Made by a program: the position numbers and the translations under genes. The notes below the pieces were generated by a model. That model made no database searches and was not told the DNA's origin. It saw nothing but the letters and a program-made list of their open reading frames with translations. From a virus, in the IMG/VR virus record IMGVR_UViG_3300040801_001572, positions 50,655 through 114,654 of that record: 64,000 bases of DNA; one strand, 5' to 3'. Each line of letters starts with the position of its first letter. Position 1 is the stretch's first letter. Shown here one piece after another: positions 1-10,028 of this stretch.

Positions 1-1141
1 TCTGGCCGGTAAATATGAAATAATATCTTTTGGCAAGAAGATCATTGTTTAAGTATTGCTGAAAACGATCTGAAGAACTGATATTAGTGTCAGCATTGTT
101 AGCAACAATCTGCCCCATGAGATGAGGAACAACAATGTATGTAAATTCACGCTGATATACTCCACGGCCGGTGTCGTACTCAAGCTGTCTTGTTTTAGTA
201 ATCACTCGGTGCAACTGTTTTAGTTCACCGTCTCTCTTGTCACGCTTGGCATCGTTGTTTTCTGTGTCGGTTTGCTGAGCAACTCGTTGGTAATCGGGAC
301 TAGAGGTCACAATTCTATTCACAGTATCAATGATGCTGATATTCTGTTCTGTTTTGATGGTTTTAACTTCGCTGCTGCCGACTTCGTCTTCCGTAAAGCC
401 CGCATTACGATTAAGGTTAGCAAGGTCAGCATCTGTTAAGCGATATGCAGCAATAGTAGGGTCTACAACAAATCGATACTGGTCAGGCTTCGTTAGGCCC
501 GTAACAGACTGCTGCACAGATCTTAACGACATTTGCGTTGCTAATTGGTCAAGTGCTCCGCCTACTGTTCGGTCTGTAATTTGCCAGCTCTTGCTTACCA
601 TTCCGAACTCGTCTCTTTGTACAGCTTCGTCGTAATGATATGCAGTTACAGAATACGTGGAGCCACCTGCATCGATTGCAGTTTCTACTGAACCAATCAG
701 TACTGGCCAGCGATATGTTAGGTTCGGAATAGAACCCTGTGGCTCGGATCCATTTGGCTCTTGCCTGTTTGCTTTGAACGTTAACTGAATGAAATATGGA
801 ATCTGAAAATAATTTTCTACGCCTAACTCTAAACTTGCAGCAATAATTTTGTCAATTAAACTTGCGCCTGTGAATTCTCTCAGTGTCATGCTGAGCTGAG
901 TAAATGTAGAGTTTTTAGAAGCCTTTGAATAACTAGGGTGGCTGCGAAATGTGAAATCTTCAATAAACACCTGGCTAGTTACACCAGACTGTGCAATCAC
1001 AATTCCGTTAGACGGATCCCAGTCGACGGATCGGTTCTCGCTGCGAATACTACGGTTCGGCAACATATAAAATGTTAAGTTATATGTTGTTAAGTTGTAT
1101 TCGTCTAGTATGTTTCCCTGTGGTGTAAAGGTAGTGCTCAT
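1..1141 (-). CDS. Partial virion/baseplate hub-like protein (runs off window start)
   Basis: ATG at 1141 (minus) overlaps the stop of the gp53-like gene; begins MSTTFTPQGNILDEYNLTTYNLTFYML; absent from the ORF track, consistent with no stop in the window; baseplate context. Confidence 0.5.
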   Translation of the reverse strand, partial: MSTTFTPQGNILDEYNLTTYNLTFYMLPNRSIRSENRSVDWDPSNGIVIAQSGVTSQVFIEDFTFRSHPSYSKASKNSTFTQLSMTLREFTGASLIDKIIAASLELGVENYFQIPYFIQLTFKANRQEPNGSEPQGSIPNLTYRWPVLIGSVETAIDAGGSTYSVTAYHYDEAVQRDEFGMVSKSWQITDRTVGGALDQLATQMSLRSVQQSVTGLTKPDQYRFVVDPTIAAYRLTDADLANLNRNAGFTEDEVGSSEVKTIKTEQNISIIDTVNRIVTSSPDYQRVAQQTDTENNDAKRDKRDGELKQLHRVITKTRQLEYDTGRGVYQREFTYIVVPHLMGQIVANNADTNISSSDRFQQYLNNDLLAKRYYFIFTGQ

Positions 1142-1446
1142 TAGCTCAGTGATGGTAGTCTTTCAACTGCGTCTCTTGTTGGCGCAAAGATTAATATGCC
1201 CGACCTAAAATCATTGATAGGATCGATCAGTGTATCTGGATTTCTTATTGCAAATACCCACCACAATCTTGGTGTACCGTACAGATCAAATGATAGCAGG
1301 TCTGGTCTTTCGTCGTACTTCGGGTCAACTTCAATCAACAGATCGTTTGGACTTTCGGGTATTTCTATTTCGGTCCAGAGATCCAAATAGAAATCTTTAA
1401 TCGGTGTCCCGCGATATCTACTAGTAAACTTATGAATATCAGCCAT
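1141..1446 (-). CDS. Baseplate wedge subunit, T4 gp53-like
   Basis: ERPDLLSFDLYGTPRLWWVFA motif typical of gp53/LysM-like baseplate proteins. Confidence 0.75.
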   Translation of the reverse strand: MADIHKFTSRYRGTPIKDFYLDLWTEIEIPESPNDLLIEVDPKYDERPDLLSFDLYGTPRLWWVFAIRNPDTLIDPINDFRSGILIFAPTRDAVERLPSLS

Positions 1447-2102
1447 TAGATAAATCCTGTATTACCGTCTCTATCTGCTAACAAGTCGCCATTTCTAAAC
1501 TTAGCAAGATCGAAGTTTTCTCTAACTGTTCTTGGATTGTAGTTAACATCCATAGTTATTGTGATGTTAATAAAAGTAGGCACATATGTGGTTTTGCCGT
1601 CTACTTCGACTGCAACGTAATCAACATCAGGCTGTAGAGCATAGGTGTAAGATTTGATAATAACTGGAACGTTAGTGAACATCTTTTCACCTAAGTAACT
1701 GAAGTTAACAATAGGAGGTGGAGTTCCTGCTAGGTTGCCGCCTTGTCTACCAAAGTTACTTTTAGTCACTGTCCTAAAGAAGTGCATACAGCCTAGCGTG
1801 TATTCGGCTTCTTCTTGTGTTTGACTAGTAAAGTCACAGGTAAGCACAATTTCACTGATATAGGATCTAGAATACGCATTGTATTTGTAGATAGCATGAG
1901 TAAAGGTGTACTCTTCGTATTCTGCGTTGCCGGTTACCTGAATTGTCGGAGTGTAAGGAAACACTAATCCTCTTTTGTCTCGCAGCGGTCTAGTGATGTC
2001 TCCGGAGCCAAACAAATTCTCAAGTCTCGACGGGGCACCTGCACCACTGGTCGCAGTGTTTCCTGTGCCTCTAGGGGTAATTCTCGCTCTAAAGTCTGGC
2101 AT
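1446..2102 (-). CDS. Baseplate/tail-tube initiator-like structural protein
   Basis: GLVFPYTPTI...GTPPPIVNFSYLG...VPVIIKS motifs; adjacent to gp53-like gene. Confidence 0.6.
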   Translation of the reverse strand: MPDFRARITPRGTGNTATSGAGAPSRLENLFGSGDITRPLRDKRGLVFPYTPTIQVTGNAEYEEYTFTHAIYKYNAYSRSYISEIVLTCDFTSQTQEEAEYTLGCMHFFRTVTKSNFGRQGGNLAGTPPPIVNFSYLGEKMFTNVPVIIKSYTYALQPDVDYVAVEVDGKTTYVPTFINITITMDVNYNPRTVRENFDLAKFRNGDLLADRDGNTGFI

Positions 2103-2174
2103 AATGTTCTCCGGTTTTCATTATTTATCAGAACATAATTAACTGCGTATTTAACTCGATAAATAGTATGTCGG

Positions 2175-2204
2175 TTGACATCCTGTTCCGATTTCACGTA
2201 TAAT
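2175..2204 (+). promoter_or_regulatory. sigma70-type promoter for the late sigma factor gene
   Basis: TTGACA-N18-TATAAT. Confidence 0.7.
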
Positions 2205-2243
2205 TGCAGCATAATAACTATAACACTTGCAAAGGATTGCTTA

Positions 2244-3095
2244 GTGAAAAAGAAAATCAATTATCTCAATAACAAGGATATGTTGTTAGAGATACACAGA
2301 AGCAAATTGTCCTTTTGCGACTACAAAGATCCTGAACATGGTTGGTTCGATCTGATCGTAGAAAATGTCGAAGATATCACAGCAGATGTAATTGACGAAG
2401 CAAAAGAGCGCAGAGCTGCTAGAATTGCTGACATGGCTTACAGAAAGGCTTTGTACGAGTCTACTAGCACGCCACGGCCAAAATTAAGCGAATACAAGTT
2501 CGATCCACAAACAATCGACGATTCGGAATTGGTATTTCGAGTGGTTACTTGGGAACATATTCCGGAAGAACCAGGCCGTAAGAAGAACCCTAAAACAGTT
2601 GCTGACCACCATGTTCGCCTGAACTTTATTCCGTTCAAGCATTATGTGCTAGATCTAAGTAAAACTGTAAAGAAAGGCCCATTGCCTGTTATTGAAGTTT
2701 TGCGTTCTCACACAAAGGACGGCGAGTTCTGCATGACCCACGGATCAATTACCGATAAATTGGCTAAAATGTACATGCTGATGGTAAACAAGTATAGTCA
2801 GAAATCCAACTGGCGTGGGTACACATATCTAGAAGAAATGAAAGGACAAGCGCTGTTACAGCTTAGTCAAATGGGACTACAGTTCAACGAAGCAAAATCG
2901 GATAATCCTTTCTCATATTACACAGCTTCTATCACAAATAGCTTTACTCGTGTTCTGAACATTGAAAAGAAAAATCAGAACCTCAGGGATGACCTGCTCG
3001 TAGATGCAGGACAGAATCCAAGTTTCACTCGCCAGCTCGAGATTGAACAAGAGATTCGAAAAATGCGAGAAGACGCTGCAATAGACAGCGAATAA
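2244..3095 (+). CDS. gp55: Late-transcription sigma factor, T4 gp55-like
   Basis: NYLNNKDML, NWRGYTYLEEMKGQA, FNEAKSDNPFSYYT motifs; upstream of gp47/gp46 as in T4-like phages; GTG start with AAGGA SD. Confidence 0.85.
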   Translation: MKKKINYLNNKDMLLEIHRSKLSFCDYKDPEHGWFDLIVENVEDITADVIDEAKERRAARIADMAYRKALYESTSTPRPKLSEYKFDPQTIDDSELVFRVVTWEHIPEEPGRKKNPKTVADHHVRLNFIPFKHYVLDLSKTVKKGPLPVIEVLRSHTKDGEFCMTHGSITDKLAKMYMLMVNKYSQKSNWRGYTYLEEMKGQALLQLSQMGLQFNEAKSDNPFSYYTASITNSFTRVLNIEKKNQNLRDDLLVDAGQNPSFTRQLEIEQEIRKMREDAAIDSE

Positions 3096-3106
3096 GGAGG
3101 GAAACC

Positions 3107-3394
3107 GTGAGTTTTATACGGGTATCTCAAGACGGGTATGATCAAGTTGAGGTTGACCCTGCACATCGGCACACCATAAAAAAATCTTTAGAAGGATGGG
3201 TCGATTTCGATAGTTGTTTTAGATCAGGAGTAATCGAAGGCGAAATTTGTCCTTACGAAGTCGGTGTTGGTGTTCCTCCAGCGATCACAGGCAATTTCGC
3301 ACAAGAAAAGGAATACGTAAGGGAAGTTCGGTCATTTCGCGAATTGCAAGGCGAATGTGCCCCCCAGAAGCAATCATGCAACAGGCTCCCCTAA
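3107..3394 (+). CDS. Hypothetical protein
   Basis: ORF with strong AGGAGG SD. Confidence 0.6.
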   Translation: MSFIRVSQDGYDQVEVDPAHRHTIKKSLEGWVDFDSCFRSGVIEGEICPYEVGVGVPPAITGNFAQEKEYVREVRSFRELQGECAPQKQSCNRLP

Positions 3395-3496
3395 GATATA
3401 CGACGAAGATATTTTAATTGTCGAGACTTACTACGACCAAGACGAAAACAATTTCGGCATATTCGTACACTATGACAATGATAAGCTAAAAGAATA

Positions 3497-4324
3497 TTGG
3501 GTATACGACGTTTGTTCATCTACAAAATCACAAATCTGGTAAACAAGAAAATTTACATCGGATACGACACTAGCAGTACCGACGAGTGTTTACGCTGGAA
3601 GTATCACTTAATTGCATACAAAAGAAAGAATGCAAAAAAGCGACTTTATCTAGCAATGAAAAAATACGGCGCTGAGAAATTTTGTCACGAAGTTCTCGAT
3701 ACTGCCGAATCACTCGACGAGCTTAAAGAAAAAGAGATACTGTACATCAGTATATTAGAGTCTACCGATCGAAGCGTCGGCTATAACGATACACGCGGCG
3801 GCGACGGAGGTGACACATTTATATATAAGTCCGAAGACGAGCTTAACCTCATCAAAGAAAGGATGAGTATTTCAGCAAAAACAAGATGGGAGAATATCTC
3901 AGACAGCGAAAAAGAGCTTATATTAAAGAATTTTATCGGGTCTAAATGGAAGAACGTGTCTGTGCAAGATAGAAAAAGAAAAATGCAACACCTCTACACC
4001 AGCGAAGTTAGCAGCAAGAAGTCGCAGACACTGAAGAAATTTTACGCAGGCTGCTCTGATCGAGGAGCTGAAAAAGGGCGAGCCATTAAAGAGTGGCAAA
4101 ACAAGAACAAAAACATCGTTAGAAAACAGAATAAAATTGCAGCGGAAAAAGCAGCAGAAAAGAAAAGACAAAGAATAAAAGCAATCAGCCCTTTGGGAGA
4201 AACACTTTTCTTTAACTCAAAGAAAGAGTTCAAAGAAAAACACGGGTATATCCTAGATAGAATAATTAAAAAGACAGCTAATAATAGCAGTCACAACGGA
4301 TGGAGAGCATGGGAAATTGAGTGA
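3497..4324 (+). CDS. GIY-YIG homing endonuclease (Seg-like)
   Basis: IYKITNLVNKKIYIG, GYNDTRGGDGG; basic C-terminus; overlaps gp47 start; exact start uncertain. Confidence 0.85.
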   Translation: MGIRRLFIYKITNLVNKKIYIGYDTSSTDECLRWKYHLIAYKRKNAKKRLYLAMKKYGAEKFCHEVLDTAESLDELKEKEILYISILESTDRSVGYNDTRGGDGGDTFIYKSEDELNLIKERMSISAKTRWENISDSEKELILKNFIGSKWKNVSVQDRKRKMQHLYTSEVSSKKSQTLKKFYAGCSDRGAEKGRAIKEWQNKNKNIVRKQNKIAAEKAAEKKRQRIKAISPLGETLFFNSKKEFKEKHGYILDRIIKKTANNSSHNGWRAWEIE

Positions 4325-5333
4325 CCAACTATTTAAACGGTTAGCTGCGTTTACAGATATCCACTTTGGAAATAAACACAACAGCAGACTACACAATGCA
4401 GATTGTGAAGAGTTTGTGTTGTGGTTTATTGACGAAGCTAAAAAGAGAAATTGTGATACTTGCATCTTCTTAGGAGACTGGCACCATCACAGAGCAGCAG
4501 TTAATGTTTCCACAATGAATTACACTGTGAGTAACATCGGCTTTTTAAACGATGCTTTCGAGAAAGTATACATCATTACCGGCAACCACGACCTGTTTTA
4601 CAGAGAAAAACGAGAGATCCATTCCTTAGTAATGGGTAAGAACTTTGAGAATGTGGTTCTAGTCGACGAACCTGTAATAGATGGTGACGTTGCTATTGTG
4701 CCATGGCTAATTGAAGACGAATGGAAGAAAGTCAAAAAGATTAAGACCAAGTACATGTTCGGTCACTTTGAGATCCCCGGGTTCAAAATGAACGCACAGA
4801 TTGAGATGCCAGACCATGGTGCAATCAACAAGCGTCATTTCGAGCATCAGGACTTAGTGTTCAGTGGACACTTTCACAAAAGACAAAACGATGGGCACAT
4901 TCACTACATTGGCAATCCGTTCGGACACAACTTTGCAGATGCATGGGACTTTAATCGTGGGGCAATGTTCTTGGAATGGGACAAAGAACCAGAGTATGTG
5001 AATTATCCGCATGGTCCTAGATACATTACTTGTTATCTTAGCGAACTGCTTGACAACACCGAAGATTATCTTAAGCCAAAGACATATGTCCGTGTGACAC
5101 TGGACTCAAATATCTCTTACGAAGAAATTAACTTCTTGAGAGAAACACTAATCGAAAACTATGAGATTCGAGATTTAAAACTAATATACGATCGCACTGT
5201 TGAAGAAGATATTGAATTCGAGGGTGAGATCACTTTCCAGACTGTTGATCAGATTGTAACCGAACAATTGAGCAACCTGGACCTAGGAACGTACGACCGT
5301 AAAAAACTTGTTGAGATTTACAATAACCTATAA
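4317..5333 (+). CDS. gp47: Recombination endonuclease subunit (Mre11/SbcD-like), T4 gp47
   Basis: FTDIHFG, FLGDW, GNHD, FSGHFHK metallophosphoesterase motifs. Confidence 0.93.
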   Translation: MSDQLFKRLAAFTDIHFGNKHNSRLHNADCEEFVLWFIDEAKKRNCDTCIFLGDWHHHRAAVNVSTMNYTVSNIGFLNDAFEKVYIITGNHDLFYREKREIHSLVMGKNFENVVLVDEPVIDGDVAIVPWLIEDEWKKVKKIKTKYMFGHFEIPGFKMNAQIEMPDHGAINKRHFEHQDLVFSGHFHKRQNDGHIHYIGNPFGHNFADAWDFNRGAMFLEWDKEPEYVNYPHGPRYITCYLSELLDNTEDYLKPKTYVRVTLDSNISYEEINFLRETLIENYEIRDLKLIYDRTVEEDIEFEGEITFQTVDQIVTEQLSNLDLGTYDRKKLVEIYNNL

Positions 5334-5335
5334 AC

Positions 5336-7105
5336 ATGATTAATCTTAAAAACGTCACTATCAAAAATTTCATGTCTGTGGGCAATGTGTCTCAGGCAAT
5401 TAGCTTTTCCGAAAACGAACTTGTGCTAGTGCTAGGTGAGAATCTAGACCTAGGCGGCAATGACAGCAGGAACGGTGTAGGTAAGAGTACTGCACTTAAT
5501 GCGCTCAGTTACGCACTGTACGGAGAGGCACTTGTAAAGATCAAGCGAGATAACTTGATTAACAAGGTTAACGGGAAAGGCATGATGGTTACGCTGGACT
5601 TCGAAAAAGACGGAGTAACCTATCGTATCGAACGCGGACGCAAGCCTAACATATTCAAGTTCATTGTGAACGGGCACGAGATTGAGGATGAGACTGACGA
5701 AGCACAAGGCGACAGTCGTCTCACTCAGGAAGAAGTCGAAAGAGTCATGGGCATCTCCCATGACATGTTCAAGCAGATTGTGGCACTTAACACATACAGC
5801 GAACCGTTTCTTAGCTTACGTGCCAACGATCAAAGATCAATCATTGAGCAGCTACTAGGCATCACCAAGTTGTCAGAAAAAGCCGAAGTGCTAAAGACAC
5901 AGCTCAAGGAGGTTAGAGATGCCATTAAGGAAGAGGAGTTCCGGGTTAAAGCGACCCAGGAGGCGAATAAAAAGATTGAGGAGAACATTAAGACGCTTAC
6001 GCTCCGTTCCCAAGCGTGGGAGAAAACCAAAACTAACACGATTAAAGACTACGAAGACAGCCTCCTCGCCCTCGACGAAGTCGACATCGAAAAAGAGCTT
6101 GAGACGCATAAAGAGAATAAGAAGGCTCGGGAGTCGATAAGAGAGCGCGACAAACTGGAACGTGAGATTAAATCTCTAACTCGCGAAATCAAGCTGCACA
6201 AGAACAGTTTAGAGCAAGTCGAAAAGAACATACACAGAACTTCTGAAGGCAAAGAGTGTCCTACTTGTCACCAAGAAATGGACAAAGAAACACACGAAAG
6301 GGTCCATGCAGAGTACGAAGCACAGGCACTGCAAGCTCGTGATAAAATTGCCGAAAAGCAGCAAGAATTAGATGAGCTAGAAGCAGTGTTGTCGTCTACT
6401 CCTGACGTAAACGAAGAAGACACCTTTTATAGCTTTGTGGAAGATGCATATAACCACAGATCCACAATGCAAGAGCTTGCGAACAATCTTGCACGTGAGC
6501 AAAGTTCGGAAAATCCGTACACTGAACAGATCGAAAGCTTACAGACATCTGGTATTCAGCAGGTTGATTACTCGTACATTAACGAAATGACCAGCTTGCG
6601 TGATCACCAAGAGTTTCTGCTCAGTCTACTAATCAACAAAGACAGTTTTATTCGCAAGAAAATTATTGATCAGAATCTGCTGTATCTAAACAACAGACTG
6701 TCTCACTACTTAGGCAAGTTAGGTTTGCCCCACGAAGTTAAGTTTAAGTCAGATCTCGAAGTCGAAATCACACAATACGGCAGAGACTTTGACTTTGACA
6801 ACCTCAGCCGAGGTGAACGCACACGACTAATACTAAGCCTCAGCTTTGCTTTCCGTGATGTTTACGAAAGCTTAAACACCAAGATCAATCTGCTGTTCAT
6901 TGACGAACTAATAGATAGTGGTCTTGACACAGCTGGTGTAGAAAACGCACTAGCAGTATTCAAAGGTATGACAAGGGAACAAAGAAGAAACATCTTCTTG
7001 ATCAGTCATCGTGACGAACTCATTGGACGAGTTACTAGCGTATTAAAAGTGATCAAAGAAGGGGGCTTTACATCCTTTGATAGTACCGACACAAACTTAA
7101 TATAA
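5336..7105 (+). CDS. gp46: Recombination ATPase subunit (Rad50/SbcC-like), T4 gp46
   Basis: Walker A NGVGKST, CPTC zinc hook, LSRGE signature, FIDE Walker B, ISH. Confidence 0.95.
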   Translation: MINLKNVTIKNFMSVGNVSQAISFSENELVLVLGENLDLGGNDSRNGVGKSTALNALSYALYGEALVKIKRDNLINKVNGKGMMVTLDFEKDGVTYRIERGRKPNIFKFIVNGHEIEDETDEAQGDSRLTQEEVERVMGISHDMFKQIVALNTYSEPFLSLRANDQRSIIEQLLGITKLSEKAEVLKTQLKEVRDAIKEEEFRVKATQEANKKIEENIKTLTLRSQAWEKTKTNTIKDYEDSLLALDEVDIEKELETHKENKKARESIRERDKLEREIKSLTREIKLHKNSLEQVEKNIHRTSEGKECPTCHQEMDKETHERVHAEYEAQALQARDKIAEKQQELDELEAVLSSTPDVNEEDTFYSFVEDAYNHRSTMQELANNLAREQSSENPYTEQIESLQTSGIQQVDYSYINEMTSLRDHQEFLLSLLINKDSFIRKKIIDQNLLYLNNRLSHYLGKLGLPHEVKFKSDLEVEITQYGRDFDFDNLSRGERTRLILSLSFAFRDVYESLNTKINLLFIDELIDSGLDTAGVENALAVFKGMTREQRRNIFLISHRDELIGRVTSVLKVIKEGGFTSFDSTDTNLI

Positions 7106-7123
7106 AAATAAAAAGGTACACAC

Positions 7124-7789
7124 ATGAAATTTACCCCGAGCTACCTCTGCAAGGAGGACACACTTAAGGTTTTACCGGGATCCCTTTATAGAGAAGTGCT
7201 GTATAAGCAGCAAGAGCTCTACTACAACAACCTCAGTAATCTAAATTTCAAACAGATACGTTTTGCAAATTTAGATCCTTCTGAAGTTCCTCCGACAGAT
7301 TCTATCGACTATATACGTGACTGGATGGGCTGTGTTCCTGTCGGTGTTCTGCCTATCTACGGTAGACACGGCGACGATGGTATTACACCAGACGGCACAG
7401 GCATCGAAACAAAGACACTTATGATTGACGAAGACAAATGGGAACGCGGCCCAAGAGGTGGTATTCGCTCAAAAAGCAAAGGTAATTGCAACATGGGCAG
7501 CTACTACAACATCGGCTACGGAAACGACCATGGTATTTTTGACACAGAACATAAAGTCAAAGACACCTATGTGATTATCATTTCCCGTGCATTAGATCAA
7601 GTAGTGTCGGTGTTCTACTTAGATCCAGATGCTGTAAGAGAACGCCTCAACAATTACGGCGGTAGTTGCAAAAAGATCTATCTACGTCACATTTTAAACG
7701 ATGGTATTGACGTTAGCGGACAAGGCGACGTAATGGAAGCGATTGGTTGGGAACGATATCAACAGTTTTTAGACAGCTATATCGTTTAA
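7124..7789 (+). CDS. Hypothetical protein, possible PD-(D/E)XK nuclease
   Basis: DDGITPDGTGIETK resembles a PD...EXK motif. Confidence 0.4.
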   Translation: MKFTPSYLCKEDTLKVLPGSLYREVLYKQQELYYNNLSNLNFKQIRFANLDPSEVPPTDSIDYIRDWMGCVPVGVLPIYGRHGDDGITPDGTGIETKTLMIDEDKWERGPRGGIRSKSKGNCNMGSYYNIGYGNDHGIFDTEHKVKDTYVIIISRALDQVVSVFYLDPDAVRERLNNYGGSCKKIYLRHILNDGIDVSGQGDVMEAIGWERYQQFLDSYIV

Positions 7790-8205
7790 TCTAGTCGCGC
7801 CTTTTCAGGGCACTTTCCGGTCTTCCCAAGGAACTCATTGTAATAGCGTCTGCTTGGTATAGCATCTTCCATTACAATGCGTTTGGTTTCGCCGTAGCTA
7901 AGTTCCCACTTGGTATCATACAATTCCAGTATAGTAAAGGTAAACTTGTCTTTGCCTAATTTTTCTATATCTGCGTTTAGCTCTTTAGATGAGCCTGTGT
8001 ATGTGCGCCAATCTGACTCTTTAGTGCTGCGGCGGCGGTTCTTTCGGCCTTTGAGCGGAGGCTTAGAGACTTTGAAATGCAAGAGTTTTTGCCCTATGTA
8101 TTTGCGGCCATCTACAGTGTTTACTATCTCGTAAACAAAGCCTAGATGGTCAGCAGGATCGAATTCGGGGCCGGACCAATGTCCGTAATCAGTTTTTTCG
8201 CTCAT
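7786..8205 (-). CDS. Short GIY-YIG nuclease conserved in T4-like phages
   Basis: GFVYEIVNTVDGRKYIGQK...ESDWRTYTGSS. Confidence 0.8.
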   Translation of the reverse strand: MSEKTDYGHWSGPEFDPADHLGFVYEIVNTVDGRKYIGQKLLHFKVSKPPLKGRKNRRRSTKESDWRTYTGSSKELNADIEKLGKDKFTFTILELYDTKWELSYGETKRIVMEDAIPSRRYYNEFLGKTGKCPEKARLD

Positions 8206-8261
8206 TTTAAAACAGCTTGCATAATTATGTATGCTGTTATTTACCAGGCAAAAAGTTTCGG

Positions 8262-8291
8262 TTGACTGCCAAATGGTAAAGACATTATACT
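8262..8291 (+). promoter_or_regulatory. sigma70-type promoter
   Basis: TTGACT-N18-TATACT. Confidence 0.55.
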
Positions 8292-8297
8292 TTTATA

Positions 8298-8792
8298 TAG
8301 AAGCTTGTGAGACTATCGCGACTCGCAAGTCGAAAATCGCAGCGTTAGATTACTTCGCAAAGCCCCCGCTGACAATGCTAGGCGGGAATTGGTACTCAGC
8401 ATTAAATTAGGCTATCTGACTCACTACAATCGGCAATATCGCACAGCACTCGGCCATTTGTGCTGTGTCCTATTGAGACTGCCAGCGCGAGCTGTTGCCG
8501 TCGGACACTTAGGAGCCGAATCTCAATAACGATTGTGCTCTACGCCTCCGATATCGGAGAATAAATCGAATGCAGATATGCAGCGTAACACAGTCCGAAA
8601 TACATTACTTCACTATGGTGTATTTTGGTTCCGTTGTTGGCGGATCGATGGTACCGGGCAACCGCCTACTAGCCATGCGTTAGTACTTTGCTGTGAGTCG
8701 CAAGGATCGATTGTAGTGAAAGACCCAGATGGCCTCAACCAAGGCACTGACTGTTAACTAGAAGAAGATTACCCTCTGGGTGATCTTTTTTT
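8298..8792 (+). ncRNA. Candidate ~490-nt structured non-coding RNA
   Basis: No convincing ORF; many hairpins; bracketed by promoter and terminator. Confidence 0.45.
8765..8792 (+). terminator. Intrinsic terminator
   Basis: AAGATTACCC-tct-GGGTGATCTT stem followed by T run. Confidence 0.6.
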
Positions 8793-9303
8793 AGTGGCCC
8801 TGAAAAGGGCTAGAGTCATGACCGATAAATCAGTCATTCCTCTTTTGTTGACAGACAATTCCTAACCAATCATATTCAGTTCGTCTGCTCAAGCAGCCGT
8901 ATTTAAACAGAACCAGAATAAGATATGGTAGATAAACCAACGAGCTTGCGAGTTAGGGATAGATACCATATCTTCGAGAGCAGCTTCGCTGCCTCGATTA
9001 ACTATTAGGGAGTAACAGTTATTTCTAAACAATCTCGAGTTATGCTAGGGCAAGTTCTGAGTATTGCAAAGACAATAGGGTACTCAGATACAATTCAACG
9101 TTTCGTAATTAATGAACTTCGCAAAGATCTCAGTGATGATTGTGCGAGTGTTTGTAAGAAATGTGGCAGGAAAATATATCAGGTAGTGCTACAGAGCTAT
9201 GTGAATCAATTGCCAAGAAAAAAGCGCATCTGTTCCCAGTGCGCTCATTTAAAAGATGATTTTAAACCCAACTGCACATATCAAGCAGCTTGGGATAAAA
9301 ATG

Positions 9304-9810
9304 TCAAGGTGTAGGTAACTTCTTATACACTTTCTTAAATAGCTTTTCGGCTTCTGGTGGGAATTGTGCTAGGGCTGGCTGAAATGGCTTGAGCCATACA
9401 CGACGAATATCACTGCCTACTGATTCAAATGTGACACAGCCTGAATGTTTCTGCATGTACATGGTCACAAATGCACTGATTCTCAAATCCACTGCACCCA
9501 CAACTTCATCCTCAAATTGCTCACTGAAATGATCCCAGTGAGCTAACCACTTGACTTCTCCTCTCTGCACAATTGCTTGTGTGAATTTTACCTGGCCGGT
9601 ATTTTCTTCTAGATACACATCTGTTGATACTTCAGTGATTGTGTTGAGAAATTGTGGCTCCGAATGGTAAAATGGTTCCTGGAGGAACGGTAGCCATTGT
9701 ATGTTTTGTGCGTCTAGTACACGAGTAAGATCATATACCCAGTTTAGCTTAGGGTATCTTGTGTATGCTTCTCTATCTATGCGGGGAAAATCATATTCTA
9801 GGTAATTCAT
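9304..9810 (-). CDS. Hypothetical protein
   Basis: 168-aa ORF coupled to upstream baseplate genes. Confidence 0.65.
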   Translation of the reverse strand: MNYLEYDFPRIDREAYTRYPKLNWVYDLTRVLDAQNIQWLPFLQEPFYHSEPQFLNTITEVSTDVYLEENTGQVKFTQAIVQRGEVKWLAHWDHFSEQFEDEVVGAVDLRISAFVTMYMQKHSGCVTFESVGSDIRRVWLKPFQPALAQFPPEAEKLFKKVYKKLPTP

Positions 9811-10028
9811 TACATGTACTCCCTTCCGTCTCCGCTCATTTTCTGTAGTGTCTTGTTGATCATTGTGATTATCTTTTTGCGGCTGATGTGATCAATTGCC
9901 CACGCTTGATCCCAGGTCACTCCGCCTCTCATCCAGTAACATATATCAATAATCTGCTGGGTCAGTGCATTTGTGTCTCGATCTAAATCTTTAATGAACT
10001 CGGAAATCTCTTCAGGACTTCTGGTCAT
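9810..10028 (-). CDS. Baseplate hub assembly catalyst, gp51-like
   Basis: Small ORF (YWMRGGVTWDQAW) directly after the gp26-like gene. Confidence 0.55.
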   Translation of the reverse strand: MTRSPEEISEFIKDLDRDTNALTQQIIDICYWMRGGVTWDQAWAIDHISRKKIITMINKTLQKMSGDGREYM

